Shown in pieces: positions 54,541 through 63,331 of a stretch of DNA of 64,000 bases. Source of the DNA: Aneurinibacillus sp. (lineage in GTDB: Bacteria > Bacillota > UBA5301 > DYFA01); contig DYFA01000045.1 of NCBI GenBank assembly GCA_020725425.1, positions 4,051 through 68,050 on the forward strand, written 5' to 3'. The position numbers and the translations under genes were made by a program. The notes beneath the pieces are model-generated. The model was not told the DNA's origin. It saw nothing but the letters and a program-made list of their open reading frames with translations, and did not search any database. The number at the start of each line of letters is the position of its first letter. The stretch's first letter is position 1.

Positions 54541-54685
54541 CACCCTACACCTCGCCTGGATTGCCCCTGCGCTGTGATTGATCAGCCACCGTCCTTCCGC
54601 GGGAACTGAGCCGGGCCCCGGCCTCGCCGGTTCCCGCCCCTCTCGCACGGAAGGCACGCCCGGTTGTCAAACAGTCTCTTTTGTC
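54541..54685 (-). ncRNA. Structured 5' leader (~145 nt between predicted TSS and terminator); riboswitch candidate, possibly c-di-AMP (ydaO/kimA) class by context only
   Basis: It contains a ~60-nt GC-rich hairpin (CCUUCC...GCGGGAAC...GUUCCCGC GGAAGG). G-rich segments (GCGGGAACC, GGGGCAAUCC, GUAGGGUGA, CCGACA) resemble, but do not clearly match, ydaO core elements. Confidence 0.35.
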
Positions 54686-54691
54686 TCCCTG

Positions 54692-54720
54692 ATTATATAT
54701 CCGCATTTACCGCTTAGCAA
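54692..54720 (-). promoter_or_regulatory. Sigma-A-type promoter TTGCTA-N17-TATAAT
   Basis: On the minus strand the -35 is at 54720-54715 and the -10 at 54697-54692, with an exact 17-nt spacer. It lies just downstream of the ParA-like stop in an AT-richer patch. Confidence 0.65.
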
Positions 54721-54738
54721 GCCCCGAACCCCCCGGGA

Positions 54739-55839
54739 CTATCCCGGGCGCAGGTGGCGGGCGTCGGCGGTGTGAAGCAGGCGCTCTTGGAGGGTGGCGG
54801 CCACCGCCTCGAGGTCACGGGAGGCGCCTGACCCGGGGGCGTGCGCCAGCACGGGGCTGCCCGCCTTGAGGCTGCGCAGCACGGCAAGGTCCTCCTGGAT
54901 GTACCCGAGGAAGACGACGGGCACTGAGAGGTACTGGCGGGCCGTGTGGATGAAGCGCCGGACCGCCGTCTCGTCCCGGGGCTCCAGGACCCGGTTGACC
55001 ACAAGCCCCACCTCGGGGATCCAGAACTGGGACGACACCTGCTTGATCAGGGCGTAGGCGTCGACGATGGAGGTCGGGGTGTCGTTGACCACCAGGACGA
55101 TGAAGTCCGCCACGTAGAGCAGGCCCGTCACATTGCGGGAGATCCCGGCGCCGGTGTCCACGATCACCTGGTCGAACCGGGCCTCGATCTCCGCGATCCC
55201 CGCCACGATCCGGCTGAACTGCCAGGGGGAGAGGTCGGCGCCCACGGCGTCCCCGATCGCCCCGGGGAAGACCGTGATCCCGTGGGAGCTCGGCAAAGCG
55301 GTCTCCTCCAGGCGGAGGCGCCCGCTGATCACGGCCCCGAGGTCCGTCTCGGGCCGGAGCCCGAGCGCCGTGGCGACGTTGGCTGTCCCGATGTCGCCGT
55401 CCAGCAGCGCCACCCGCAAGCCCGCTTTTCCCCAGGCGTAGGCCAGATTCACCGCGATGAAGGTCTTCCCGGTGCCGCCTTTACCGCTGGTCACGACGAC
55501 GATCCGGTTGCGCCGCTCCGCCACGGCCGCGGCGAAGGGGAGGTCCTGGGTGAGCCGGAGAAAGAGGATGGGCATCGGCTTGAGCTTGCGGTCGACCACC
55601 GTCGCCTCCGCCGAGCCGACCAGCCGGAGGGCAGCGTCAGGGCCGTCCTCGCCGGCCGGTTCCATCAGCTTGAGCAGGAGACGAGTGTCCTTGGGGAGCC
55701 AGGTCAGTTCCGTTCCGGAGGCGGGCGCTGACACCACGACGATGTCCTTCCGGATCCCCAGCACCCGGGTCAGGAAGGAGCCGCGGCCCGTCACCTCGAC
55801 CTGGAAGACCTTGTTAGAGAGCCAGCCGGGATGGGCCAA
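54739..55839 (-). CDS. ParA/MinD-family P-loop ATPase with a ~110-aa N-terminal beta-rich extension (PilZ-like but without RxxxR)
   Basis: The start is set at TTG 55839, 9 nt after GGAGGT. The deviant Walker A is VVVTSGKGGTGKTFIAVNLA. The upstream part of the track ORF overlaps the preceding gene out of frame. Confidence 0.75.
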   Translation of the reverse strand: MAHPGWLSNKVFQVEVTGRGSFLTRVLGIRKDIVVVSAPASGTELTWLPKDTRLLLKLMEPAGEDGPDAALRLVGSAEATVVDRKLKPMPILFLRLTQDLPFAAAVAERRNRIVVVTSGKGGTGKTFIAVNLAYAWGKAGLRVALLDGDIGTANVATALGLRPETDLGAVISGRLRLEETALPSSHGITVFPGAIGDAVGADLSPWQFSRIVAGIAEIEARFDQVIVDTGAGISRNVTGLLYVADFIVLVVNDTPTSIVDAYALIKQVSSQFWIPEVGLVVNRVLEPRDETAVRRFIHTARQYLSVPVVFLGYIQEDLAVLRSLKAGSPVLAHAPGSGASRDLEAVAATLQERLLHTADARHLRPG

Positions 55840-55846
55840 CGAGCGA

Positions 55847-58015
55847 CTACCTCCAAGGGTTCGGCACGTCTTGCCCCAGCGCCAGGTAGAGGCACCAGGC
55901 GAGCCAGCCGGCGGCGGCGGCGAAGGCGGCGCCCGTCCGGGCAGCGCCGGTCCGGGGATCCACCGACTCGCAGGCCAAGCCGTCGTCGAGCGGGGCATGG
56001 AGGAAGAACTTGAGCGCCGAGGGGTCGCCGGCCAGAAGGTCCGCCGCCCGGGCGACGACCCAGGGGAAGGGGGCGTGGCGGTTGCCCCGGCCGCCAAAGG
56101 AGCCCGGAAAGTAGAAGGGGTTCCCGGGGCGGTTGAGGCCGGCCACGGTGTGGGCAAAGACCGGATCGGTCCGGTCGCAGAACCCCAGATACGCCAGGAG
56201 GGCCAAGCTGCCGGCCGGGTTGTCCCCCATCACCAGCCCCCCGCCGTCCCCCGAGACGGCCATGGCGAAGCTGCGGCGCGGCTCCTGGCCGCAGAGCAGG
56301 TGCTCCCTGACGCCGCGCTGCACCGCCTCTGCCAACTGCGCCGCCTGCCGCCGCTCCTCGCCCCACTCCCGGCGCCCCTCCGCCTGCCGGGCGAAGCCGG
56401 TCAGCGCCCGCCAGGCCAGGACATTGGGATAGGTGAGATACGGGTGGTCGGCCACCGGGTCGTCGCTCGGGTCGAGGAAAGTCGGCAGGAGCAGGCCGCG
56501 GCCGTCCCGGAGCGGGCGGAGTTCCGGTTCCAAGCCGTCCGCCGCCTTCTCCCGCCCCTCTTCGGCCAGCGTCCGGAAGCGGCGGAGGATGAGGCGGAGC
56601 CCCTCCGCCACCCCAGGTTCGGTCCAGAGCGAGTGGTCGCCTGTCATCGCCAGGTAGTGGTCGAAGGCCCACAGCGGCGCCGCCAGCTCGTCCAGTTCGA
56701 ATCCGGGGTACAACGGACGCCCGTCGAGATAACAGGCGTGGAAAGGGCCGTGCTGGACGTAGCGGGTGAGCCCGAGGACCAGCGCCTCCCGGGCCAGCTC
56801 CGGGTCGTCCAGGAGCAGCGCCGGGAAGGACCAGAGGAAAGTGTCCCGAGCCCAGAAGACCCCCTTGACGTAGTAGTCGGGGGAGCGGGAGGTCACAAGA
56901 GCCAGCCGCCCGGTGTCGAGCGCCCGCCCGGTGGCGAAGCAGCGGTTGAAGTGAAGGTTCCGGCGGAAGAGGGCCGTCAGGCGGGCAGCAGCCTGCTCGG
57001 CCTCGGCTTGGCTTACCGGCTCGCCGACGGCCTCAAGCAGACTCCTGACACGGGCCGGGTCGAGTGGCGGCACGCGCCCCGCCAGACTCCGCCGCGCCGC
57101 GTCGTGGAGCGCCGCCGCCCCCCGCCGGCGCAGGTCGACCAGGGTCAGCCGCGCCCCGTCGCCGTCGGTCCCCACCCCCAGGAAGAAGGCAGCCTCGCCG
57201 GTCTCTCCTGGGGCCAGGGTCAGGGTGGTGCCGAGGAAGAAGCGCAGGCAGGCGCCGGTCGCCGCCCCGGCGGTCCGCTGCCCCAGCCGCCCCCGCCAGG
57301 GCAGGGCCGGATTCGCTGTGGCCTCCAGACCGAGCCCGAGCTGGAGCGAGGAGTCGGCGGCGGCCTGCCAGACCGGCACCGCCTCGAAGATGCAGGTCGA
57401 AAGAGGCCGGTCGGCGCCGAGCGCCCAACCGAACAGCGCCAAGCCGGGGCGGCACTCCAGGACCAGCGTCTGGGTCCACTCGTCATACCAGGCCTGGTGT
57501 GCGCCGGACACGGGACGGGAGGCAAAAAGGGTCTGCCGGGTCTCCGCCCAGCTCCCGCCGAGGCCCACCACGACCTCCCGGTCGGCCGGGCACCGGTTCG
57601 TGACCGTCAGCCGGTATACGGCGCCGCGGTGGCCGGGGGGCGCCAGGAGCCGCCCGGCGAGGTGGAGGTCGGCTGAGTCGGCCGTCCAGCCGGGCAGCCA
57701 CTCACCCTCCCGGTCCCACCGGAACTCCGCCAGGTCCACCGCCTGCCAGCCTCCGCCGGGGAGGCCGGAGGCGGCGGAGGTGCCGGCCGGGCGGGTGTAG
57801 GCGAAGGGGACCAGGAGCCGCCCGCCGGAGGCCGCCAGGCCGGCCAACTCGAGCAGGCCGCCCGCCCCCTCGTGAAGGACGGTCAGAGAATGCAGTCCGC
57901 CGCTTTGGAGGTCGATCGCCGGGAACGAGACCCACTCGTTGCCCGTCACCTCCCGGGGGCGGCGGTCGCCAAGGAGCGGCGCCGCGGTAAGGAAGTCCGC
58001 CGCCGTCACGCTCAT
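55847..58015 (-). CDS. Six-hairpin (alpha/alpha)6 glycosidase-like protein with an N-terminal beta-sandwich region; family unassigned
   Basis: 722 aa. The C-terminal half carries GDE_C/GH15-like segments (YYVKGVFWARDTFLWSFPALLLDD..., ...AAAAGWLAWCLY). Its ATG overlaps the PIG-L stop (ATGA). Confidence 0.6.
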   Translation of the reverse strand: MSVTAADFLTAAPLLGDRRPREVTGNEWVSFPAIDLQSGGLHSLTVLHEGAGGLLELAGLAASGGRLLVPFAYTRPAGTSAASGLPGGGWQAVDLAEFRWDREGEWLPGWTADSADLHLAGRLLAPPGHRGAVYRLTVTNRCPADREVVVGLGGSWAETRQTLFASRPVSGAHQAWYDEWTQTLVLECRPGLALFGWALGADRPLSTCIFEAVPVWQAAADSSLQLGLGLEATANPALPWRGRLGQRTAGAATGACLRFFLGTTLTLAPGETGEAAFFLGVGTDGDGARLTLVDLRRRGAAALHDAARRSLAGRVPPLDPARVRSLLEAVGEPVSQAEAEQAAARLTALFRRNLHFNRCFATGRALDTGRLALVTSRSPDYYVKGVFWARDTFLWSFPALLLDDPELAREALVLGLTRYVQHGPFHACYLDGRPLYPGFELDELAAPLWAFDHYLAMTGDHSLWTEPGVAEGLRLILRRFRTLAEEGREKAADGLEPELRPLRDGRGLLLPTFLDPSDDPVADHPYLTYPNVLAWRALTGFARQAEGRREWGEERRQAAQLAEAVQRGVREHLLCGQEPRRSFAMAVSGDGGGLVMGDNPAGSLALLAYLGFCDRTDPVFAHTVAGLNRPGNPFYFPGSFGGRGNRHAPFPWVVARAADLLAGDPSALKFFLHAPLDDGLACESVDPRTGAARTGAAFAAAAGWLAWCLYLALGQDVPNPWR

Positions 58016-58740
58016 CCCTCCCCGGTCCGCCGGGTAAGAGTCTGAAAGATCTGGAGTCCCCCGAAGGTGAGGCGCTTGAACCCCTCGGCGTATTCCGCGC
58101 CGGCACGGTTCCCGTGCCGGCGCGCCTCTTCCCGCAGGGCCTCCTCCATCTTCTGCAGTTCCTCGTCGCTGAACTGACTCCGGTGGGCCCGGACCGCCTC
58201 AAGCTTCCGGGTCAAGGTGCTGTCCACCACAACCCAGGTGTCGGGCTGATCGGTGTTGTAGAGGTACAACTCGGCGACTTCCCAGGGTTCGAGCCCCGTG
58301 GCCACCTGCTCCGGGTAGTAGAGCGGCAGTTTGGCCGCAAGGCGGGCGTCGACCGCCGCCCAGCCCAGAGCTCGATGATCGGGGTGGGGCTCGTAGTGGC
58401 GCCACGGGTCGAAGGCAAAGACCGCCTGGGGACGGCACCGCCGATACACTTCCGCCAGCTTCCTCCGCAACTCGTCCGGAAAGCGGTCCAGCTCGCCGTC
58501 GGGAAAGCCGAGGGAGACAAGTTCCACAAGACCCAGGATTCGAGCAGCCGCCTCGGCCTCGGCCCGGCGGCTCGCCGCCAGCGCCTCGGCGTTGACCCCC
58601 GGCCGGCGGTCGCCTTTCTCGCCCCGGGTGGCGATAACCCCCACCACGGGGACGCCGCGGGCGGCGAACAAAGCCAGCGTCGCCCCGCAGAAGACTTCGA
58701 GGTCGTCGGGATGAGCCCCGACCGCCACGACTGGACTCAC
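58012..58740 (-). CDS. PIG-L/LmbE-family N-acetylglucosaminyl deacetylase
   Basis: 242 aa. The motif is VVAVGAHPDDLEVFCG. The GTG start overlaps the degV stop (GTGA). Confidence 0.85.
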   Translation of the reverse strand: MSPVVAVGAHPDDLEVFCGATLALFAARGVPVVGVIATRGEKGDRRPGVNAEALAASRRAEAEAAARILGLVELVSLGFPDGELDRFPDELRRKLAEVYRRCRPQAVFAFDPWRHYEPHPDHRALGWAAVDARLAAKLPLYYPEQVATGLEPWEVAELYLYNTDQPDTWVVVDSTLTRKLEAVRAHRSQFSDEELQKMEEALREEARRHGNRAGAEYAEGFKRLTFGGLQIFQTLTRRTGEG

Positions 58741-59612
58741 CAGTAGTAGGCCACCCCCACCGATCCCGGCCCGACGTGCCCCCCGATGACCGGCCCCGTC
58801 TCGACGAGCAGCGGTTGCTCGGCCAGGACCAACTGCTTAACCAGCCGGTCCCGGAGCGCCCTGGCCTCCTCCAAGGCGTGGGCGTGCATGACCGAGAGGT
58901 AGAAGCGGGAGCCCGCCGCCTGAGCGGCCGCCCACGCCTCGCCGACCAGCTCCACGTACTTCCGGACGACCTGCTGCTTCCCGCGCAGCTTGGCCGCCGC
59001 CACCACTCCGCCATTGACCACCGTGAGCAGAGGGGTGATGTTGAGGAGCGACCCGAGCAAAGCCGACACCGCGCCGACCCGCCCGCCCCGGTGAAGGTAC
59101 TCCAGGTCGCTCACGTGGAGGAAGAGCTTGACCCGCTCCCGCACCCGTTCGATCAGCCGCAGGACCTCTTCCCGTCCCTTGCCCAGCCCCGCCGCCTCGG
59201 CCGCCGCCAGGACCTGCCAGCCCATACCCATGGAGCCGTTCAGCGAGTCAACCACGGTGACATCCTCCTCCCCCGCCACTCCCTGGTCGATCAGGTGCTG
59301 GCGGGCGAGCTCGGCCGTGCGGCACGTCCCGGACAACACGCTGGAGAGGTGGATGGCGATGACCTTCTTCCCCGTCTTGACCAGTTGCCGGTAGACGTCG
59401 AGGAAGACGCCGGGGGACGGCTGCGAGGTCCGGTGGACGCCCTTCTGCGCCTCCAGCAGGTCGTAGAATTGATCCGGAGCGAGGTCCACCCGGTCACGGT
59501 AGGAACGGCCCCCTACGTCCACGGTGAGGGGGATGGCGGTGATCTCGTACCGCCGGAGCAGGTCGTCGGGGAGATCAGAGGTGCTGTCGGTCACGATCGC
59601 GAGGTCGCTCAC
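58737..59612 (-). CDS. degV: DegV-family fatty-acid-binding protein
   Basis: 291 aa. Motifs are IVTDSTSDLP ... SQPSPGVF. Confidence 0.88.
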   Translation of the reverse strand: MSDLAIVTDSTSDLPDDLLRRYEITAIPLTVDVGGRSYRDRVDLAPDQFYDLLEAQKGVHRTSQPSPGVFLDVYRQLVKTGKKVIAIHLSSVLSGTCRTAELARQHLIDQGVAGEEDVTVVDSLNGSMGMGWQVLAAAEAAGLGKGREEVLRLIERVRERVKLFLHVSDLEYLHRGGRVGAVSALLGSLLNITPLLTVVNGGVVAAAKLRGKQQVVRKYVELVGEAWAAAQAAGSRFYLSVMHAHALEEARALRDRLVKQLVLAEQPLLVETGPVIGGHVGPGSVGVAYYW

Positions 59613-59714
59613 GGATCGCGCCCCCTCTCTTCTCCGATACTATTTGACCCGCCCCTCCACTATCCTTCCTGAGATCGATGGGTGGGGAAAGCTAGGAAAC
59701 GGAGGTGGTCACTC

Positions 59715-60092
59715 ATGTCCCGGGCTGTCTTCGGTTTCTTTCCCTCGTCCCAATCCGCCCAGCGGGCGGTGGACCATTTTCGCCGCGCGGGCCACCCAGA
59801 GACCGACGTGCAGATGGACCAGGTGCACGCCTACCCCGGCGACGGGACCCAGCGGCTCTTGAACCCCTCGCAGGGCCGCTTCGGCAGCCTGGCCGAACTC
59901 TCGCTGGGGGCGGACGTCGACCCGACGACCAACGCCGGGCCCCTGCTCGCCGCCAGCCCCTCGGCGTCGGGGTTCGGGAGCCCGGACGAACTGCCGGGCG
60001 GGAACGGCTTCATGGTGACGGTGCTGGTGGATTCGGACGAGGAGGCGGATGAGGTCGCCCGGCAGATCGAGGACCTGGGTGGATTGGTCTAG
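59715..60092 (+). CDS. Hypothetical protein, weak YflT/general-stress-protein-like ends
   Basis: 125 aa from ATG 59715, 6 nt after ACGGAGGTGG. It begins MSRAVFGFFPSSQSAQRAVDHFRRAGH and ends FMVTVLVDSDEEADEVARQIEDLGG. Confidence 0.55.
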   Translation: MSRAVFGFFPSSQSAQRAVDHFRRAGHPETDVQMDQVHAYPGDGTQRLLNPSQGRFGSLAELSLGADVDPTTNAGPLLAASPSASGFGSPDELPGGNGFMVTVLVDSDEEADEVARQIEDLGGLV

Positions 60093-61135
60093 GTGAACCA
60101 GCGGGCCAGGAAGGGGAAGGGGCTGGGCGCTCCGTGCCGCAGGGCGTGCGCCGCCACCAGCCCGAAGCAGCCGGAGAGCATCATGTCGCCCCCCGGGACA
60201 GCGAAGTGGTAGCCGAGCCCGGACGCTAAGGCCCGCTGGGGGCCGGTGGCCGCCACGAAGGGGCCGGGCGGCAAAAACCCCCGGATGATCGCGGCGCCGT
60301 GGCCGCCGTCCTCGAAGACCTCGGCGTTGGTGAGCTGCCCCGCCTGCAGCCGGCCGATGAGGCCCGCCAGCTTCTCCGGGGTGAGGCAGCGGGTGTGGTG
60401 CTCGAAGAGACCGGTGATCCGGCGACCGCGGACGACCGCCCCGACGGTATGCCCGTTGCCGATGTTCAGGACCGTCAGCCCCTCGCCCAGGCGGGCGGCC
60501 ACCGCCTCGTCGCACAGGGCGCCCCAGACCGCCGCGGCGCCGGTGTCCATCACCGCTGCCCCGGGAGCCTCCGCCTGCACGGCCCGCATGCGGGTGTAGA
60601 CCGCCGGCGCTTCGGCATACAGCAAGTCCAGCAGGTCGCCGCCCCGGGCCAGGAACTCCTCCCACAGGGCGAAGCGGAACCGGCGGTTGGAACCGGTGAC
60701 ACACTCCCCGTGGTCCTGGACGGCCACCGCCCACCGCTCCGGCAGGGAGACGCCGAACAGGCCCAGGGCCTGGCCGAGCCGGTCGCGCAGCACGTCGGTG
60801 AGGCGGATAGCCGCGGCCTCGGGCCCCGGGGCGGTCCCCTCAGGCACGATCTCGACCCCCAGGCCCTTCACCTCGTCCAGGTTGTCGCGGATGGTCTTGG
60901 CCGCCTCGGCGGTGGCGAAAAGCCGTCGCCCCGCTTCCAGGTGGCGCCTCATCGCTCTCACGCTGGGCCCGCCGCCCATGATGCGCCCGAAGAGAAAGAC
61001 GTCCCGCCCGGTCGCCGTGGCCCGGGCGATCTCCCCGGCGACCAGTACGGTGGGCGCCGGAAGCACCAGCTTCACGCAGTTCTCCGGCGGCCGGGCAGGG
61101 TCGTAGAGCAGGATGTCCTGGGTGCCCGTGCCCAC
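60089..61135 (-). CDS. DUF1786-family ASKHA-fold protein; the true start is probably upstream at a non-canonical codon
   Basis: The first canonical start (GTG 61135) is the V of the conserved phosphate-1 motif PILALDVGTGTQD. The frame is open upstream to the LysE stop and holds only CTG/ATC codons. Confidence 0.7.
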   Translation of the reverse strand: MGTGTQDILLYDPARPPENCVKLVLPAPTVLVAGEIARATATGRDVFLFGRIMGGGPSVRAMRRHLEAGRRLFATAEAAKTIRDNLDEVKGLGVEIVPEGTAPGPEAAAIRLTDVLRDRLGQALGLFGVSLPERWAVAVQDHGECVTGSNRRFRFALWEEFLARGGDLLDLLYAEAPAVYTRMRAVQAEAPGAAVMDTGAAAVWGALCDEAVAARLGEGLTVLNIGNGHTVGAVVRGRRITGLFEHHTRCLTPEKLAGLIGRLQAGQLTNAEVFEDGGHGAAIIRGFLPPGPFVAATGPQRALASGLGYHFAVPGGDMMLSGCFGLVAAHALRHGAPSPFPFLARWFT

Positions 61136-61190
61136 GTCCAGGGCGAGGATGGGTTGGCTCCCGGTCTTCAGGTCCAGCAGCCGGTCCAGC

Positions 61191-61868
61191 TTACTGCGCC
61201 CCCCCGAGGGTGAGTTCGCCCTCTCCCCGGCTGCGCAGGGTCTTCAGGCCGAACCGGAGGAAGTACCCGGCGAGGCAGAGCAGGAAGGCGCCGCAGAGCC
61301 CCAGGAGGCCCCGGTAGAGCCAGAGCGGCATCACTTCCCGGCCGGCGGCGATCGCGCCGGAGACGAGGGCGTACCAGAGATAATCCGCCAGGATGTGCCC
61401 GGTGAAGAAGGCCGACAGCCCCGGCAGGCCTTGTTTGCCGGCCGCGGTGACGTAGGTCACGCCGGCGAAGGCCCACCACATCACCCAGTAGGGGTTGGCG
61501 GCCGAGGTGAGAGCGCCCCACAACACCAATTGGGCGGCGCTCAAGGCCGCCCCGGCGCCGGCCTGAGCGGCCAGTTGAGCCCGGGGGGCGTCGCTCAACA
61601 GCGAGTAGGCCATCCAGAGCAGGAAGACGCCGCCCAAGAGGCCGATCGCGCCCGCCACCCCTTTGCGGCGCAAGAGGCGCGACAGCCCCAGGGTCAGTCC
61701 CACGACCATCGCCAACTCCAACAGGGCGTGGCCGGTGATGAGCAGCGGCCCGGCCCAGAAACCGCGCTGCACGGACTGGGCGACCACGAGCGACAGCAGC
61801 GACCCCGGCGGCATGGCCCCCGAAAACCCCAGGATCAGCGAAGAAACGAAAAGCGCCCACAAGTTCAT
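61191..61868 (-). CDS. LysE/RhtB-family amino-acid exporter
   Basis: 225 aa with six hydrophobic segments. The N-terminal motif is FSGAMPPGSLLSLVV. Confidence 0.75.
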   Translation of the reverse strand: MNLWALFVSSLILGFSGAMPPGSLLSLVVAQSVQRGFWAGPLLITGHALLELAMVVGLTLGLSRLLRRKGVAGAIGLLGGVFLLWMAYSLLSDAPRAQLAAQAGAGAALSAAQLVLWGALTSAANPYWVMWWAFAGVTYVTAAGKQGLPGLSAFFTGHILADYLWYALVSGAIAAGREVMPLWLYRGLLGLCGAFLLCLAGYFLRFGLKTLRSRGEGELTLGGAQ

Positions 61869-61906
61869 GTAACGATGCTCCTCCCCACTACCGCGGCGGA
61901 AAGCTG

Positions 61907-62926
61907 CTAGATCCGCTGCTCACCCTGGCGCTTCTGCGAGCGCACCGTCTTGTAGCGGAGGTCGTGGTGGGCCTCGATGAAGCGGACCGTATGGGTCCGG
62001 GCCCGCATCACGACCGAATGGGTGACCGCCTTGTTGCCGTAGTACCGGACGCCCCGCAGAAGCTCGCCGTCGGTGATGCCCGTCGCGGTGAAGATGAGGC
62101 TGTCGCCGGCCGCCAGGTCGTCCGTGGTCCAGACCTTCTCCAGGTCGACTCCGGCGGCTTCCGCCTTGGCCCGGTCGGCCTCCGTCGGGTACCAGACCCG
62201 GGCCTGGATCTCCCCGCCCAGGCACTTCAGGGCCGCCGCCGTCAACACCGCCTCCGGCGCCCCGCCGATGCCCATCAGCATGTCAACCCCGGTGTCCGGC
62301 AGGGCGGTCGAAATCCCGCCCGAGACGTCACCGTCGCTGATCAGCTTAATCCGGGCGCCGCACTGCCGCACATCCTCGATAAGCTGCTCGTGGCGGGGGC
62401 GGTTCAGGATGACCACCGTCAGGTCCCGCACCTTCCGCCGGAGCGCCGCCGCCACCACCCGCAGGTTCTCCCGGACCGGGGCGTTGAGGTCGATGTGGCC
62501 GCGGGCCGCCGGCCCCACGGCGATCTTGTTCATGTAGTACGCCGGCGGCGAGGCGAGGCTCCCCCGGGCCGCCGCCACGAAGACCGCCATGGCGTTGGGC
62601 AATCCGTTCGCCACGAGCCTGGTCCCTTCGACCGGGTCCACCGCCACGTCGACCGGCTCGTCGCTCCGGTTCTTCCCCACGTGCTCGCCGATGTAGAGCA
62701 TCGGCGCCCGGTCCTTCTCACCCTCGCCGATCACCACCACACCGTGGAAGTTGATGAGGTCGAGCATCCCCCGCATGCCATCCACGGCTGCCTGGTCCGC
62801 TGCCTCCTTGTTGCCCATGCCCATCCAGCGGCCGGCGCGCAACGCCGCCGTTTCGGTGACCCGCACGAAGTCGAGCATCACCTCGCGCTCGGCATCCTCC
62901 ACTTGAATCCGCGTCGTGACCCGCAC
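61907..62926 (-). CDS. glpX: Class II fructose-1,6-bisphosphatase
   Basis: The start is set at GTG 62926, 7 nt after GGAGGGG. Motifs are LDFVRVTETAALRAGRWMGMGNK ... DPVEGT ... GGAPEAVL. The track extension to 63322 is Arg-rich shadow. Confidence 0.88.
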   Translation of the reverse strand: MRVTTRIQVEDAEREVMLDFVRVTETAALRAGRWMGMGNKEAADQAAVDGMRGMLDLINFHGVVVIGEGEKDRAPMLYIGEHVGKNRSDEPVDVAVDPVEGTRLVANGLPNAMAVFVAAARGSLASPPAYYMNKIAVGPAARGHIDLNAPVRENLRVVAAALRRKVRDLTVVILNRPRHEQLIEDVRQCGARIKLISDGDVSGGISTALPDTGVDMLMGIGGAPEAVLTAAALKCLGGEIQARVWYPTEADRAKAEAAGVDLEKVWTTDDLAAGDSLIFTATGITDGELLRGVRYYGNKAVTHSVVMRARTHTVRFIEAHHDLRYKTVRSQKRQGEQRI

Positions 62927-63023
62927 CCCCGTTCCCCTCCCGGCCTGACCCGCCGCGATGTAGGTTTTTCCCTGTCTTCGGCGGGATTTCCTGCCGAGAT
63001 ACGGGGGGCGGCACCGGCGCGGC

Positions 63024-63314
63024 TCAACCCCGGCGGTGGTGGGGGGAGCGCGGTTCGTTCTCCGGGCCGGTCGTCGGCGTGCCCAGTTCCTCGGCAACCT
63101 CCTCCAGGTAGCGGACGCGCGACGTGTCGTTGGGGTCGAGCGGCCCGCCCCACCCCATGAGCGTGGGTAGAACCACGCCGTCGTCCACTCCGACCCGGTG
63201 CAGCGTATCCTCGGCCCGGAGCCCCTGGACCTTGTCCCGTCCGGCTTTGGCGGCGAGCTTTCGCTCTTCCAGTCCCTCCGGAGCCGGCGCCGGTCGGTTC
63301 TCCTTCTCCGGCAT
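63024..63314 (-). CDS. Hypothetical protein (96 aa)
   Basis: GGAGGT lies 7 nt upstream of ATG 63314. Codon usage is GC3-rich like the neighbours. I recognise no family. Confidence 0.5.
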   Translation of the reverse strand: MPEKENRPAPAPEGLEERKLAAKAGRDKVQGLRAEDTLHRVGVDDGVVLPTLMGWGGPLDPNDTSRVRYLEEVAEELGTPTTGPENEPRSPHHRRG

Positions 63315-63331
63315 CTGACCAACCTCCGGGG

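Noticed and set aside
61907-63322. 471-aa version of the glpX ORF with an Arg-rich N-terminal extension.
   Set aside because: GlpX homology starts near MLDFVRVTE. A GTG with a good SD lies at 62926. The extension overlaps an independent 96-aa ORF that has its own strong SD.
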